Positions 27,435 to 36,323 of a DNA stretch of 64,000 bases are shown here, one piece after another. The number at the start of each line of letters is the position of its first letter. Within the stretch, counting starts at the first letter, position 1. Under the pieces are notes generated by a model that had not been told where the DNA came from, did not search any database, and saw only the letters and a program-made list of their open reading frames with translations. Origin of the DNA: an uncultured delta proteobacterium (GTDB taxonomy: Bacteria; Myxococcota; Myxococcia; Myxococcales; Anaeromyxobacteraceae); assembly GCA_963814585.1 (NCBI GenBank), contig CAWFDF010000012.1, positions 224,001-288,000 of the forward strand, read 5' to 3'. Made by a program: the position numbers and the translations under genes.

Positions 27435-29153
27435 TCAGAGCACCTTCACCATGCCGTGGTCGGTCCCGTCCGCGTCATGGGTGTGGATGGCGCAGGCCAG
27501 GCAGGGGTCGAAGGAGTGGATGGTGCGGAGCGCCTCGAGGGGCAGCTTGGGGTCGGCGATGGGGTTGCCCACCAGCGAGGCCTCGTAGGGGCCGGGCTGC
27601 TCCTTGCCGTCGCGCGGCCCGGCGTTCCAGGTCGAGGGCACCACGCACTGGTAGTTCTTGATCTTGCCGTTCTCCAGGACGCACCAGTGGGAGAGGGTCC
27701 CGCGCGGCGCCTCGTGGAAACCGACGCCCCGGAAGCTGCCGGTGGCCAGCTTGGGGTTGGGGTCCGCGAAGGTGGTGGTGTCGCCCTTGCCGATGTTCTC
27801 CATCAGCAGGCCCCAGTGCTTCTGCGTCAGCTCGGCCATCATGGCGGTGCGGATGGCGCGGGCCGCGTGGCGGCCGAGCGTGGAGTGGAGCATGGCCGGG
27901 GTGACGTCGATCTTGTGGATCGACTTGACGGTGGCGACGGCCGCCGACACCCACTTGACGGTGAGCGGGTCCTTGGTGAGGTAGCCGACCAGCACCTGGG
28001 CCAGCGGGCCGACCTGCATGGGCTTCCCGTCGAGCCGGGGCGCCTTGACCCAGCTGTACTTCCTGGGCGCCGGTGACTCGGCCTCCCACGCCCCGGAGAA
28101 CCTGGGGACGGTCTCCTCCTCCCACGGGCCCCGCTGCCAGTCGCCGTCGTAGTGGGAGTGGGCGATCGACTCGGTGACGTTGGCCTTGAGGAACTCGTCG
28201 TTCCAGCTGGTGATCTTCCGGACCTCGGGCTGGCCGGCCATGATGACGCCGCCGGGGAGGTCGAACCTGGTCATCTTGGCGTCGGTGGGGAGGTCGGGCA
28301 CGGCCAGGTAGTTGGTGACCCCGGCACCGTACTTGAACCACTCCGGGTAGAAGCCGGCCACCGCGGCCACGTCCACCAGGTAGCACTGGGTGACGAAGCC
28401 GCTGACCTCGTCGAGCAGCGCCTTGATCCGGTACAGCTTCTCCATGTTGAGGGCGGAGGGGCTGTCGAGGTTGATGGCGTTGGCCACGCCGCCCACCGCC
28501 AGGTTCTGGATGTGGGGCGTCTTGGAGCCGAGGATGGCCACGATCTGGTTGGCCTTGCGCTGGATCTCCAGGGCCTGGAGGTAATGGGCCACCGCCAGGA
28601 GGTTGACCTCCGGGGGGAGCCGCATGGCGGGGTGGCCCCAGTAGCCGTTCTGGAAGGGGCCGAGCTGGCCGGCCTTGACGAAGCCCTCCAGCCTGGCCTT
28701 CACGGCCGTCAGCTCCTTGGTCGAGTTGCCCGGCCAGCTGGAGATCGACTCGGCCAGGGCCGAGGTCTTGGCCGGATCGGCCTTGAGCGCCGCCACCACG
28801 TCGACCCAGTCCAGCGCCGACAGGTGGTAGAAGTGGACCACGTGGTCGTGCAGGGCGTGCGCCGAGATGATGATGTTGCGGATGAGCTGGGCGTTGAGTG
28901 GCACCTCGAGCCCCAGCGCGTTCTCCACGCTCCGCACCGAGGTGATGGCGTGCACCGTGGTGCAGACCCCGCAGATGCGCTGGGTGAAGGCCCAGGCGTC
29001 GCGCGCGTCCCGCCCCTGCAGGATGGTCTCGATCCCGCGCCACATGGTGCCGCTCGACCAGGCGTTCTTGACCACGCCGCCGTCGACCTCCACGTCGATG
29101 CGGAGGTGCCCTTCGATCCGGGTGATGGGATCGATCGTGATGCGCTGACTCAT
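27435..29153 (-). CDS. hybC: [NiFe]-hydrogenase large subunit (Hyd-2 type)
   Basis: TRIEGH, L1 RICGVC, L2 DPCLACAIH plus cleavable C-terminal extension. Confidence 0.93.
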   Translation of the reverse strand: MSQRITIDPITRIEGHLRIDVEVDGGVVKNAWSSGTMWRGIETILQGRDARDAWAFTQRICGVCTTVHAITSVRSVENALGLEVPLNAQLIRNIIISAHALHDHVVHFYHLSALDWVDVVAALKADPAKTSALAESISSWPGNSTKELTAVKARLEGFVKAGQLGPFQNGYWGHPAMRLPPEVNLLAVAHYLQALEIQRKANQIVAILGSKTPHIQNLAVGGVANAINLDSPSALNMEKLYRIKALLDEVSGFVTQCYLVDVAAVAGFYPEWFKYGAGVTNYLAVPDLPTDAKMTRFDLPGGVIMAGQPEVRKITSWNDEFLKANVTESIAHSHYDGDWQRGPWEEETVPRFSGAWEAESPAPRKYSWVKAPRLDGKPMQVGPLAQVLVGYLTKDPLTVKWVSAAVATVKSIHKIDVTPAMLHSTLGRHAARAIRTAMMAELTQKHWGLLMENIGKGDTTTFADPNPKLATGSFRGVGFHEAPRGTLSHWCVLENGKIKNYQCVVPSTWNAGPRDGKEQPGPYEASLVGNPIADPKLPLEALRTIHSFDPCLACAIHTHDADGTDHGMVKVL

Positions 29154-30367
29154 GGCGTCGCCCCTTGCTTGAGACCGGCCGGGACCTCACGCCGCGGAGC
29201 GGGCGTGACGCCGGCGAGGATTGGGAACTTGCGGACCACCAGGACGTAGATCACCGTCTCGGTGGCGATCAGCCCGAGGGTGACGAGGATCTCCACCAGG
29301 CTCGGGAAGTAGACCCAGCCGGTGCCGGGGTTGTAGGCCACCAGGAAGACGTCGATGCGGTAGATGGTGCCGCCCAGCATGGAGAGGAGCGCCCCCTGGA
29401 GCTGATGGTCGGGCCGAAGGTCCCTGGCGGTGGCCAGGAAGCGGACGGCCGCCATCAGGAGGATCACGGTCTCGGCCCAGAAGAAGAGGGCCATGCGCCC
29501 GGCGCTCAGGGTGAGGCCGATCTTGCCCTCCACCGCCAGGATGGCGAAGCGCACCACCACGAAGGCGACGATGACGACGCCCACGTACCGCCCCATGGTC
29601 GCCAGCAGCCGGTGCTCCAGGGGCCGATGGAGGGTCAGGCTGGAGAAGATGGACTCGAAGTAGATGACCCCGAAGCCCATCACGAAGGCGGTCATCAGGA
29701 AGAAGAGCGGGAGGAACCCGGTGTGCCAGAGCGGGTGGAGCTTGAGGCCCGCCATCATCATGAGCCCGCCCAGGCTGGACTGGTGCATGGTGGGCAGCAG
29801 GAGACCGAGGCCGACCAGGAAGGGCAGGGCTCGCTCGGCCCGCGGGTGCCAGCGCCGGGCGGTGGCCGCCAGCGAGGGATTCCGGCTCGCCGACAGCCCC
29901 TCGAGCCAGGCCGGAGAGAGCTCCAGGAAGAGCACGGTCACGTAGGCCATCATGCAGAGCGCCACCTCGAGGAGCACCGAGGTGCTGCTCCACTGGTGCG
30001 GCGACAGCGGGATGCGCCACATGGTCCAGTAGCGCCCCAGGTCGAAGGCCACCGCCACGCCGGCCACGCCGTAGCCGAGCAGGCTGGTGAGCAGGGCCGG
30101 GCGGACCAGCGGGTGGTAGCGCCCCTTGTTGAGGATGAAGACCAGGAAGGCCAGGACGTAGCCGCCGCTGGCCAGTCCGGTGCCGATCACCACGTCGAGG
30201 GCGATCCAGATGCCCCACGGGTAGCCGTCGCTCATGGCGGTGGCCGCCCCCAGCCCCTGGATGAAGCGGTACAGGCCGGCCACCGTCCCCAGCGCCCAGA
30301 GCACCAGCAGCGCCTTGACGGCCGGGGTGAGCAGCTTGCCTTCGACGGCCTGGGCGCGGACGGTCAT
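29150..30367 (-). CDS. hybB: Hydrogenase-2 membrane subunit (NrfD family)
   Basis: YPWGIWI..DV, GRYHPLVRPALL, DLGR.W, LPTMHQSSLG, LHPLWH. Confidence 0.92.
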   Translation of the reverse strand: MTVRAQAVEGKLLTPAVKALLVLWALGTVAGLYRFIQGLGAATAMSDGYPWGIWIALDVVIGTGLASGGYVLAFLVFILNKGRYHPLVRPALLTSLLGYGVAGVAVAFDLGRYWTMWRIPLSPHQWSSTSVLLEVALCMMAYVTVLFLELSPAWLEGLSASRNPSLAATARRWHPRAERALPFLVGLGLLLPTMHQSSLGGLMMMAGLKLHPLWHTGFLPLFFLMTAFVMGFGVIYFESIFSSLTLHRPLEHRLLATMGRYVGVVIVAFVVVRFAILAVEGKIGLTLSAGRMALFFWAETVILLMAAVRFLATARDLRPDHQLQGALLSMLGGTIYRIDVFLVAYNPGTGWVYFPSLVEILVTLGLIATETVIYVLVVRKFPILAGVTPAPRREVPAGLKQGATP

Positions 30368-31245
30368 CACTTCTCCTCCTGGCCGGCCGCGGCCGCGCGG
30401 TGGTTCTTCCAGGCCACGAAGGCGAAGGCACCGAACAGCGCCACCGGGGCGACGAAGCCCTGGTAGATGCCGTGCTGGATGGACTCCACCAGCGCCGGCG
30501 CCGGCTCCTTGCCGAGCGCCGGCAGCCCGAGGGGCCCGAAGCCGACCGGCGACAGGTAGAGGCAGGCGGTGCCGCCGCCCTCGGTCTCGCCGTAGACGCC
30601 GCCCTGGTAGGCCGAGGGGGTCGCCGCCAGCCGGCGCTTGGCCTCGGCCAGCAGGTCGGTCCGGCGGCCCGACACCACGGCGCCGCGCGGGCAGGCCTCG
30701 GAGCAGGCGCAGTCCTTGCCCTCGGGCCAGCGGTGGCGGCACAGCTCGCACTTGACGATCTTGGGGGAGGCCGAGGCCCACTCGAACTTCGGCACGTTGA
30801 AGGGGCAGGCGATCTGGCAGTTGCGGCAGCCGACGCACCGCTCCACGTCGTACTGCACCACCCCGCGCTTGCCCTTGTGCAGCGCGCCCATCATGCAGAC
30901 CGAGGCGCAGGCGGGGTCGGCGCAGTGCATGCACTGGGCCTTGAAGTAGCCGCCGCCGGTCTCGGTGCTCCACTGCTTGATGACCGTGAAGTTGGTGGCG
31001 TTGAGGTCCATCGGCGCGTCGTAGGGCGCGCCGCCGATCATGGCCACGCTGGGCGCCAGGTTGTTGGCCTCGCGGCACCTGGTGGAGCAGGCCCGGCACC
31101 CGATGCAGCGGGTGGCGTCGAAGAGGAGCCCCAGGTCGTCGGGGCCGTGCTGCTTCGGCGTGCGCGCCTCAGCCGGGGCCGCCACCGCCGCGCCGGCGGC
31201 CGCCGCGCCCAGGACCTTGAGCGCCCCGCGCCTGGTCATCGTCAT
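30367..31245 (-). CDS. hybA: Hydrogenase-2 ferredoxin-type subunit
   Basis: Tat signal RRGALK; CIGCRAC..C, CMHC..P.C..VC, CVGCRNCQIACP, CELC; C-terminal ESIQHGIY.GF. Confidence 0.92.
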   Translation of the reverse strand: MTMTRRGALKVLGAAAAGAAVAAPAEARTPKQHGPDDLGLLFDATRCIGCRACSTRCREANNLAPSVAMIGGAPYDAPMDLNATNFTVIKQWSTETGGGYFKAQCMHCADPACASVCMMGALHKGKRGVVQYDVERCVGCRNCQIACPFNVPKFEWASASPKIVKCELCRHRWPEGKDCACSEACPRGAVVSGRRTDLLAEAKRRLAATPSAYQGGVYGETEGGGTACLYLSPVGFGPLGLPALGKEPAPALVESIQHGIYQGFVAPVALFGAFAFVAWKNHRAAAAGQEEK

Positions 31246-32360
31246 GGCGCCTTCTCCTTCTCGGCACCTTCGGCCTTCTGGACCTCGACCGTCAGCTTGC
31301 GCGAGGCCACGTAGCCGGCGCCGGCCGCGGCGCCGACCACCAGGCCGGCCACGCCGACGGCGATGATGCTCTTCTCGCCCTGGGCCGGGTTCATGCCAGG
31401 GTAGGCCATGGGCGCGGTCGGCCTGTCGATGGGGAGGTTGGCGTGGATGGGGACGTTGAAGACGATCCCCTGCTCGGTGCAGCCGATGCACGGGTGGCCG
31501 GTGCCGATGGGCCAGGCGCCCGGGACCTCGCAGTAGTGGAGCAGCGAGCAGTTGGCGTGGGTCTGCGGCCCCTTGCAGCCGAGCTTGTAGAGGCACCAGC
31601 CGTTGCGGTGGCCTTCGTCGCCGAAGGCCTGCGCGAAGCGGCCGCTGTCGAAGTGGGCGCGGCGCGGGCAGTCCTCGTGGATGACCCGGCCGTAGGCGAA
31701 CTTGGGGCGGCCCTTGTCGTCGAGCGCCGGCAGCGTGCCGAAGGTGGCGAACTGCAGCACGGTGCCGAGCAGGTTGTAGGGGTTGGCCGGGCAGCCGGGG
31801 AGCGTGACCACCGTCTTCCCCTGGAGCGCCTGCGACACGCCGACGGCGCCGGTGGGGTTGGGCGAGGCGGACGGGACGCCGCCCCAGGAGGCGCAGGAGC
31901 CGATGGCGATGACCGCCGCCGCATCCTTGGCCACCCGGGTGAGCGTGTCGATGGCCTTCTCGCCGCCGACGTAGCAGTAGATGCCGTCGTCCTTGAGCGG
32001 GATGGAGCCCTCGACGATCAGCACGTACTTGCCCTTGTTCTCCTTCATGGTCGACTCGAGCGCCGCCTCGAACTGGTAGCCGGCGCCGGCGGCCAGGGTC
32101 TCGTGGTAGTCGAGCGAGATCAGGTCGAGGATCAGCTCGCCCAGGTCGGGCGCGTTGGCGCGCAGCAGCGACTCGGTGCAGCCGGTGCACTCCTGGAAGT
32201 GGAGCCAGATGACCGAGGGCTTCTTCCCCTTGGCCACCTTCTCGGCCATCTTCTCGCCGGCCCAGGCCGGCAGGCCCACCGCGGCCGCGGCGGCCGTGCA
32301 GACCTTCACGAAGTCTCGCCGGGAGAGGGCGGAGGTTTCCGCTGACACGGGGTGCGGCAT
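31242..32360 (-). CDS. hybO: [NiFe]-hydrogenase small subunit
   Basis: Tat motif SRRDFVK, ECTGCTES, GSCASWGG, PGCP, H..CPRR, CLYKLGCKGP, C-terminal TM. Confidence 0.93.
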   Translation of the reverse strand: MPHPVSAETSALSRRDFVKVCTAAAAAVGLPAWAGEKMAEKVAKGKKPSVIWLHFQECTGCTESLLRANAPDLGELILDLISLDYHETLAAGAGYQFEAALESTMKENKGKYVLIVEGSIPLKDDGIYCYVGGEKAIDTLTRVAKDAAAVIAIGSCASWGGVPSASPNPTGAVGVSQALQGKTVVTLPGCPANPYNLLGTVLQFATFGTLPALDDKGRPKFAYGRVIHEDCPRRAHFDSGRFAQAFGDEGHRNGWCLYKLGCKGPQTHANCSLLHYCEVPGAWPIGTGHPCIGCTEQGIVFNVPIHANLPIDRPTAPMAYPGMNPAQGEKSIIAVGVAGLVVGAAAGAGYVASRKLTVEVQKAEGAEKEKAP

Positions 32361-32440
32361 TTTGATCCTCCTGGGGCGGGCCACGGTGAAACCCGCCTGA
32401 TGTTCCGGCCATGATCGCCCGAATGGGGTGGTCCTCTGCA

Positions 32441-32454
32441 TTGACCGCCATCAA
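32441..32454. promoter_or_regulatory. FNR/Crp-family binding site upstream of the hyb operon
   Basis: TTGAC-CGCC-ATCAA matches TTGAT-N4-ATCAA at 9 of 10 positions, ~80 bp upstream of the hybO ATG in a locally AT-richer patch. Confidence 0.65.
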
Positions 32455-32639
32455 GCAACGCAAAAGAGGCCTGCAAAAGATTCGCCTCTCCGTGGGCTGG
32501 TCACCTGCACGGGGCCCTGAACGGAGCGGAGCCGGGGGCCCGGCCCGGTGAGACCGGCCGAGGCGGTCCGAACATCGACCCCGCCACCCGCTGCGCTGCG
32601 GCCTGCGGCCATCGACCGCAGCGTGGAGCGAGGCCTCCT

Positions 32640-34070
32640 TCAGTTCCCGACCGGCTCCGGCGTCGGCGACGGCGCCGACGCTGGCGTGGCCCGGCCGAGC
32701 TGTCCGTCGGCGTTGCTCCCCCAGCACTTCACCACGCCGGCCCCGCCCACGTCCGCCAGGACGCAGGTGAAGGCGCGCCCGGCCGCGGCGGCGAGGGGCG
32801 CGCCCCCGAAGGCGACCTCGAGCTCGGCCACGGCGGGACCCGACGGCGCCGCGCCACACTGCGCCTGGTCGTTGCGGCCGGCGCACTTCATGGTCACGTC
32901 GCCCGCCTTCGAGGAGCAGCTGAAGGCCTCGCCGGCTGCGAAGGTGCCGGCCGCCTGGCCGTTGTCGATCCGGTCGGCCGGCACGGGCTGCAGCACCGGC
33001 GTCAAGGTGGCGCGGTTCCCCATCTCGCCCTCCCCGCCCGAGCCCCAGCAATGGAGCGGGGTCCCGACGCCGGCGACGCTGGCGCTGGCGCAGGCATGCT
33101 TGCGGCCGACGGCCACCTTCAGGGCCGGGCCCGGGAGCGGCACCACCACCGGCGTCGCCTTCGGCGAACGCGGCGTGACCGGGTCGCCGGAGCCGGTCTG
33201 TCCCTCCAGGTCGAGTCCCCAGCAGGCAGCTGCCCCGGCGGCCACGGCGCAGGTGTCGTCCCCGGCCGCGGCGAGCGCCGTCGCGCCGCCGCTGACGAGC
33301 GAGGGGAACGGCGTGGCGTGAGGCGCGAAGTCGCCGGTGCCGAGCTGGCCGAGGTCGTTGGCTCCCCAGCACCAGACCGCGGCGCTGGCGCCAGCGCCGG
33401 CGATGGCGCAGGCGTGGCGCGCGCCGAGGGCCAGCGCGGTGGCGCCGGTCAGGGCGGTCGAGACGATGCCGGCGCGGGCCGCCGTGGAGCCGTCGCCGAG
33501 CTGCCCGGCCTCGTTGGCCCCCCAGCACCGGACCGTCCCATCCTGCACGGCGCAGGTGTGGCGGGCGCCGGCCGCCACCGCGGAGATCCCCGATGCGAGG
33601 ACCACGACCGGGCGCACCGACCTGGGCAGGCCGGCGGCCGCCGGGCCGAGCTGGCCGGCGTCGTTCTTGCCCCAGCAGAGGAGCCCGCCGTCACCGGTCA
33701 CGGCGCAGGCGTGGTCGTCTCCGGCCGCCACCGCGACGGCGCGGCAGCAGCCGCTGGCGCAGGCGAGCCACCCGGCCTGGCAGGCCTGGCCGCAGGCGTA
33801 CCCGCCGCCGGCCCCCGGCTCGCAGACCGGCGTGGCGTTGGGATCGCTGGCCGTGCAGGTCGAGCAGGCGTCGCCGCAGGCGTCGATCGACTGGGCCACG
33901 CAGGCGGCGCCGCAGACGTGCTGGGGAGGATCGCAGCTCGGGCCGCCGGGCGTGAGGGGAGGCACGCCGGCCGCGTCGTAGAGGGTGCCGTCGCAGGCCC
34001 CGACGAGGAGGCCGGCCAGGGCGGCGGCGAGGAGGCGCACGGCGGGCGGACGAGCGAGGCGCACGGTCAC
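32640..34070 (-). CDS. Lipoprotein with Cys-rich stalk and RCC1/BLIP-II-like repeats
   Basis: Lipobox LVGAC; repeated (A/G)G..H(A/T)CA....CWG.N..GQLG units; N-terminal Cys-rich segment. Confidence 0.85.
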   Translation of the reverse strand: MTVRLARPPAVRLLAAALAGLLVGACDGTLYDAAGVPPLTPGGPSCDPPQHVCGAACVAQSIDACGDACSTCTASDPNATPVCEPGAGGGYACGQACQAGWLACASGCCRAVAVAAGDDHACAVTGDGGLLCWGKNDAGQLGPAAAGLPRSVRPVVVLASGISAVAAGARHTCAVQDGTVRCWGANEAGQLGDGSTAARAGIVSTALTGATALALGARHACAIAGAGASAAVWCWGANDLGQLGTGDFAPHATPFPSLVSGGATALAAAGDDTCAVAAGAAACWGLDLEGQTGSGDPVTPRSPKATPVVVPLPGPALKVAVGRKHACASASVAGVGTPLHCWGSGGEGEMGNRATLTPVLQPVPADRIDNGQAAGTFAAGEAFSCSSKAGDVTMKCAGRNDQAQCGAAPSGPAVAELEVAFGGAPLAAAAGRAFTCVLADVGGAGVVKCWGSNADGQLGRATPASAPSPTPEPVGN

Positions 34071-35566
34071 ATCCCGTAGAGGACGAGCAGCGTGAGGTTG
34101 GCGACGGGGCGGACCACGCGGTCCCCGTTCAAGGTGAAGACCTTGCCACCCCCGGTGAGGTCGAGGGCGGCGCGGACCGGGCCGATGGGCAGCGAGCCGC
34201 GCAGGGCCAGCCCGCCCGAGAGGTCGCCGGTCTCGAAGTGTCGCCCGTCGGGGAGCGACTGGGTGTTCCAGCCGCCGCCGAGGTCGACGCCCCCCTCGAG
34301 GAGCGCCCGGCCCCCCACCACCGGGAGCAGCGCGCTCAGGCCGCCGCCGACGCGCGCGTACCCGTAGGTGAGCGACTGGTCGGTGACGTCGCCGACGGCG
34401 TAGTCGCCGTGGACCACCAGGGCCACCGGCCCGACCTCGCGCCGCAGCCCGACCCGGAAGCCCGGGACCGCGGCCGTCCCCGGCAGGCCGGTGGCCTGCA
34501 GGCCGGCGCCCACCCAGATCTCCGTCGGCAGCGGCCCACCCTTGGAGCGGGCCACCTCGTAGCGGGTGGGAACCAGCTTCGGAAGCGCGCGGGTCTCGCC
34601 GCGGGCCAGCGACACCTCCCCGCGGGCGCGACCGTCCCGGGCGCGCCGCTCCACCCCGTAGGCGCCGGCCGGCAGGGCCAGGGCCAGCTCGGTGGCGCCG
34701 GCCGGCACCTCGGCGGTGAGCCCGAACGGCCCGCGCAGGACGTAGAGCGCGCCGGGATCCACCGGCACCAGCAACCTGGCCTCGGCGCGGCGGAGATCGG
34801 CCAGCACCACGTCCCCGCGGCCGGACATGCGGAAGTCGTAGGTGGGGTGCTGGGCGCCGGTGCGCGTCGCCGTGGTGTCGGAGACGGTCGCCTGCGAGGT
34901 GTAGCGGAAGGCCTCGGCCAGCGTGACCCGGCCGTCGCCGTCGGCGTCGCCGGCGCCGCGCAGGGCCACCTCCAGGTGGTGGGTGAAGAAGCTGCCGCCG
35001 ATGGCCGCCGACTCCTGGGCGGCCTCCCCGACCGCCGTCGAGGCGATGAAGGCGGTCCCCCGAACCTCGTCGGAGGGCAGGACGAAGTCCAGGCGGGCCT
35101 CGGCGCGCGCCCCCTTGACCTGGGTGAGCGCACCGGCCTCGCAGGCGTCGACCACCACCACCTTGGCCTCGGCGCTGGAGCGGGCCGCCGCCTCCTTGAG
35201 CTCGTCGTAGCCGACGCGCTCGCCTCCGAACTCGAGTCCGCCGGCGCCGGCGTGGCCGGAGTAGAAGACCAGCAGGAGGGTGCGCTCGCCGCCGGCGCGG
35301 GCCGCCTGGACCCGGGCCTCGGCGCGGGCCAGCGCCTCGCGGAAGGCCCCCGCGGTCGGGCCGCGGAGCAGCTCGACCCCGTCCCGGGAGAAGTCGCCGA
35401 GCTCGAGGAGGGCCCGCTCGAAGCGCTCGGCGTCCTTCTCGGCGAACCAGAGCCTGGGCCTCCCCGCCGCCCCCTGGTTCATGCCGGCCACCACGGCGAC
35501 GCGTCCGGGCGCCGCGCCGACGGCGAGCGGCAGGGCGAGGAGCAGGGTGGCGAGGAGGCGGCGCAT
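34067..35566 (-). CDS. Exported caspase-family (peptidase C14) protein with probable C-terminal beta-barrel
   Basis: Signal peptide; His-Cys dyad motifs FYSGHA and VVDACEAG; AQES...GSFFTHHL; DADGDGRVTLAE; amphipathic beta strands at the C-terminus. Confidence 0.85.
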   Translation of the reverse strand: MRRLLATLLLALPLAVGAAPGRVAVVAGMNQGAAGRPRLWFAEKDAERFERALLELGDFSRDGVELLRGPTAGAFREALARAEARVQAARAGGERTLLLVFYSGHAGAGGLEFGGERVGYDELKEAAARSSAEAKVVVVDACEAGALTQVKGARAEARLDFVLPSDEVRGTAFIASTAVGEAAQESAAIGGSFFTHHLEVALRGAGDADGDGRVTLAEAFRYTSQATVSDTTATRTGAQHPTYDFRMSGRGDVVLADLRRAEARLLVPVDPGALYVLRGPFGLTAEVPAGATELALALPAGAYGVERRARDGRARGEVSLARGETRALPKLVPTRYEVARSKGGPLPTEIWVGAGLQATGLPGTAAVPGFRVGLRREVGPVALVVHGDYAVGDVTDQSLTYGYARVGGGLSALLPVVGGRALLEGGVDLGGGWNTQSLPDGRHFETGDLSGGLALRGSLPIGPVRAALDLTGGGKVFTLNGDRVVRPVANLTLLVLYGM

Positions 35567-35570
35567 GCCC

Positions 35571-36323
35571 TCAGGGCCTCTTCTCGAGGAGCAGGGAGTC
35601 GAGCGCCGTGCCCGCGGGGAGCCCGGCGATGGCGGTGGCGCGCCGGACCGCCTCCGGCCCGGGGCCCCCCGCGGCGGTGCGCACCGCGGCCTCCGCGTCG
35701 GCCCAGGCCCATGGCGCCGGCGTGCAGATGGCGACGACCCGCTCCGGCCCCGGCTGGCCGTCGAGCACCGCGCCGCCGGGCAGGTCGGCGCTGCGCTCCA
35801 GGAAGGCCCCGCCCTCGCCCTGAGCCGGGTAGAGGCGCGAGACCTGGCCGCGGGCGTCGAGGGAGAGCAGCCAGAGGTGGCACGGGCGGGAGGCCCGGAC
35901 GCGGAAGCGGAGCGCCGCGCCGGCCTGGACGGCGACGCCGTCGACGGCCAGCCTCGACGTCGTCCCCTCCTGGACGAAGACCGCGAGCCCGAGGGCGCCG
36001 CCGCCCTTGACGCCGAGGTAGTCGTCGGGCGGCGCGGCAGGGCGCACCAGCAGGAAGACGGCGGCGGCGACGGCGAGCACGGGGACCAGGACCAGCCTGC
36101 GGCGCCAGGCGCCGAGGGCGGACCAGCGGGAGCCGGCGGCGGCCTCGACGGCCTCCACCGTGGCGGGGTAGACGAAGCGGGCGAAGTCCTCGCCCTGCCG
36201 CTGCATGGTGGTCAGCCGGGCGGCGCAGGACGGGCAGGCGGACAGGTGGCCGGCGATGGGAGAGCGCTCCGGCGCCAGCAGGTGGCGCTCCAGGGCGAGT
36301 TCGGACGGGCAGCGGGTGGTCAT
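35571..36323 (-). CDS. Zinc-binding (ZAS/zf-HC2) transmembrane anti-sigma factor with extracytoplasmic DUF4384-like domain
   Basis: C...HLSACPSC (Hx3Cx2C), one TM, then beta-rich G..LRFRV...LD..G.VS.LYP domain; ATGA overlap with sigma gene. Confidence 0.8.
   Translation of the reverse strand: MTTRCPSELALERHLLAPERSPIAGHLSACPSCAARLTTMQRQGEDFARFVYPATVEAVEAAAGSRWSALGAWRRRLVLVPVLAVAAAVFLLVRPAAPPDDYLGVKGGGALGLAVFVQEGTTSRLAVDGVAVQAGAALRFRVRASRPCHLWLLSLDARGQVSRLYPAQGEGGAFLERSADLPGGAVLDGQPGPERVVAICTPAPWAWADAEAAVRTAAGGPGPEAVRRATAIAGLPAGTALDSLLLEKRP

Noticed and set aside
27435..27520. Selenocysteine in the hydrogenase L2 motif
   Set aside because: Motif reads DPCLAC with ordinary Cys codons and no in-frame TGA
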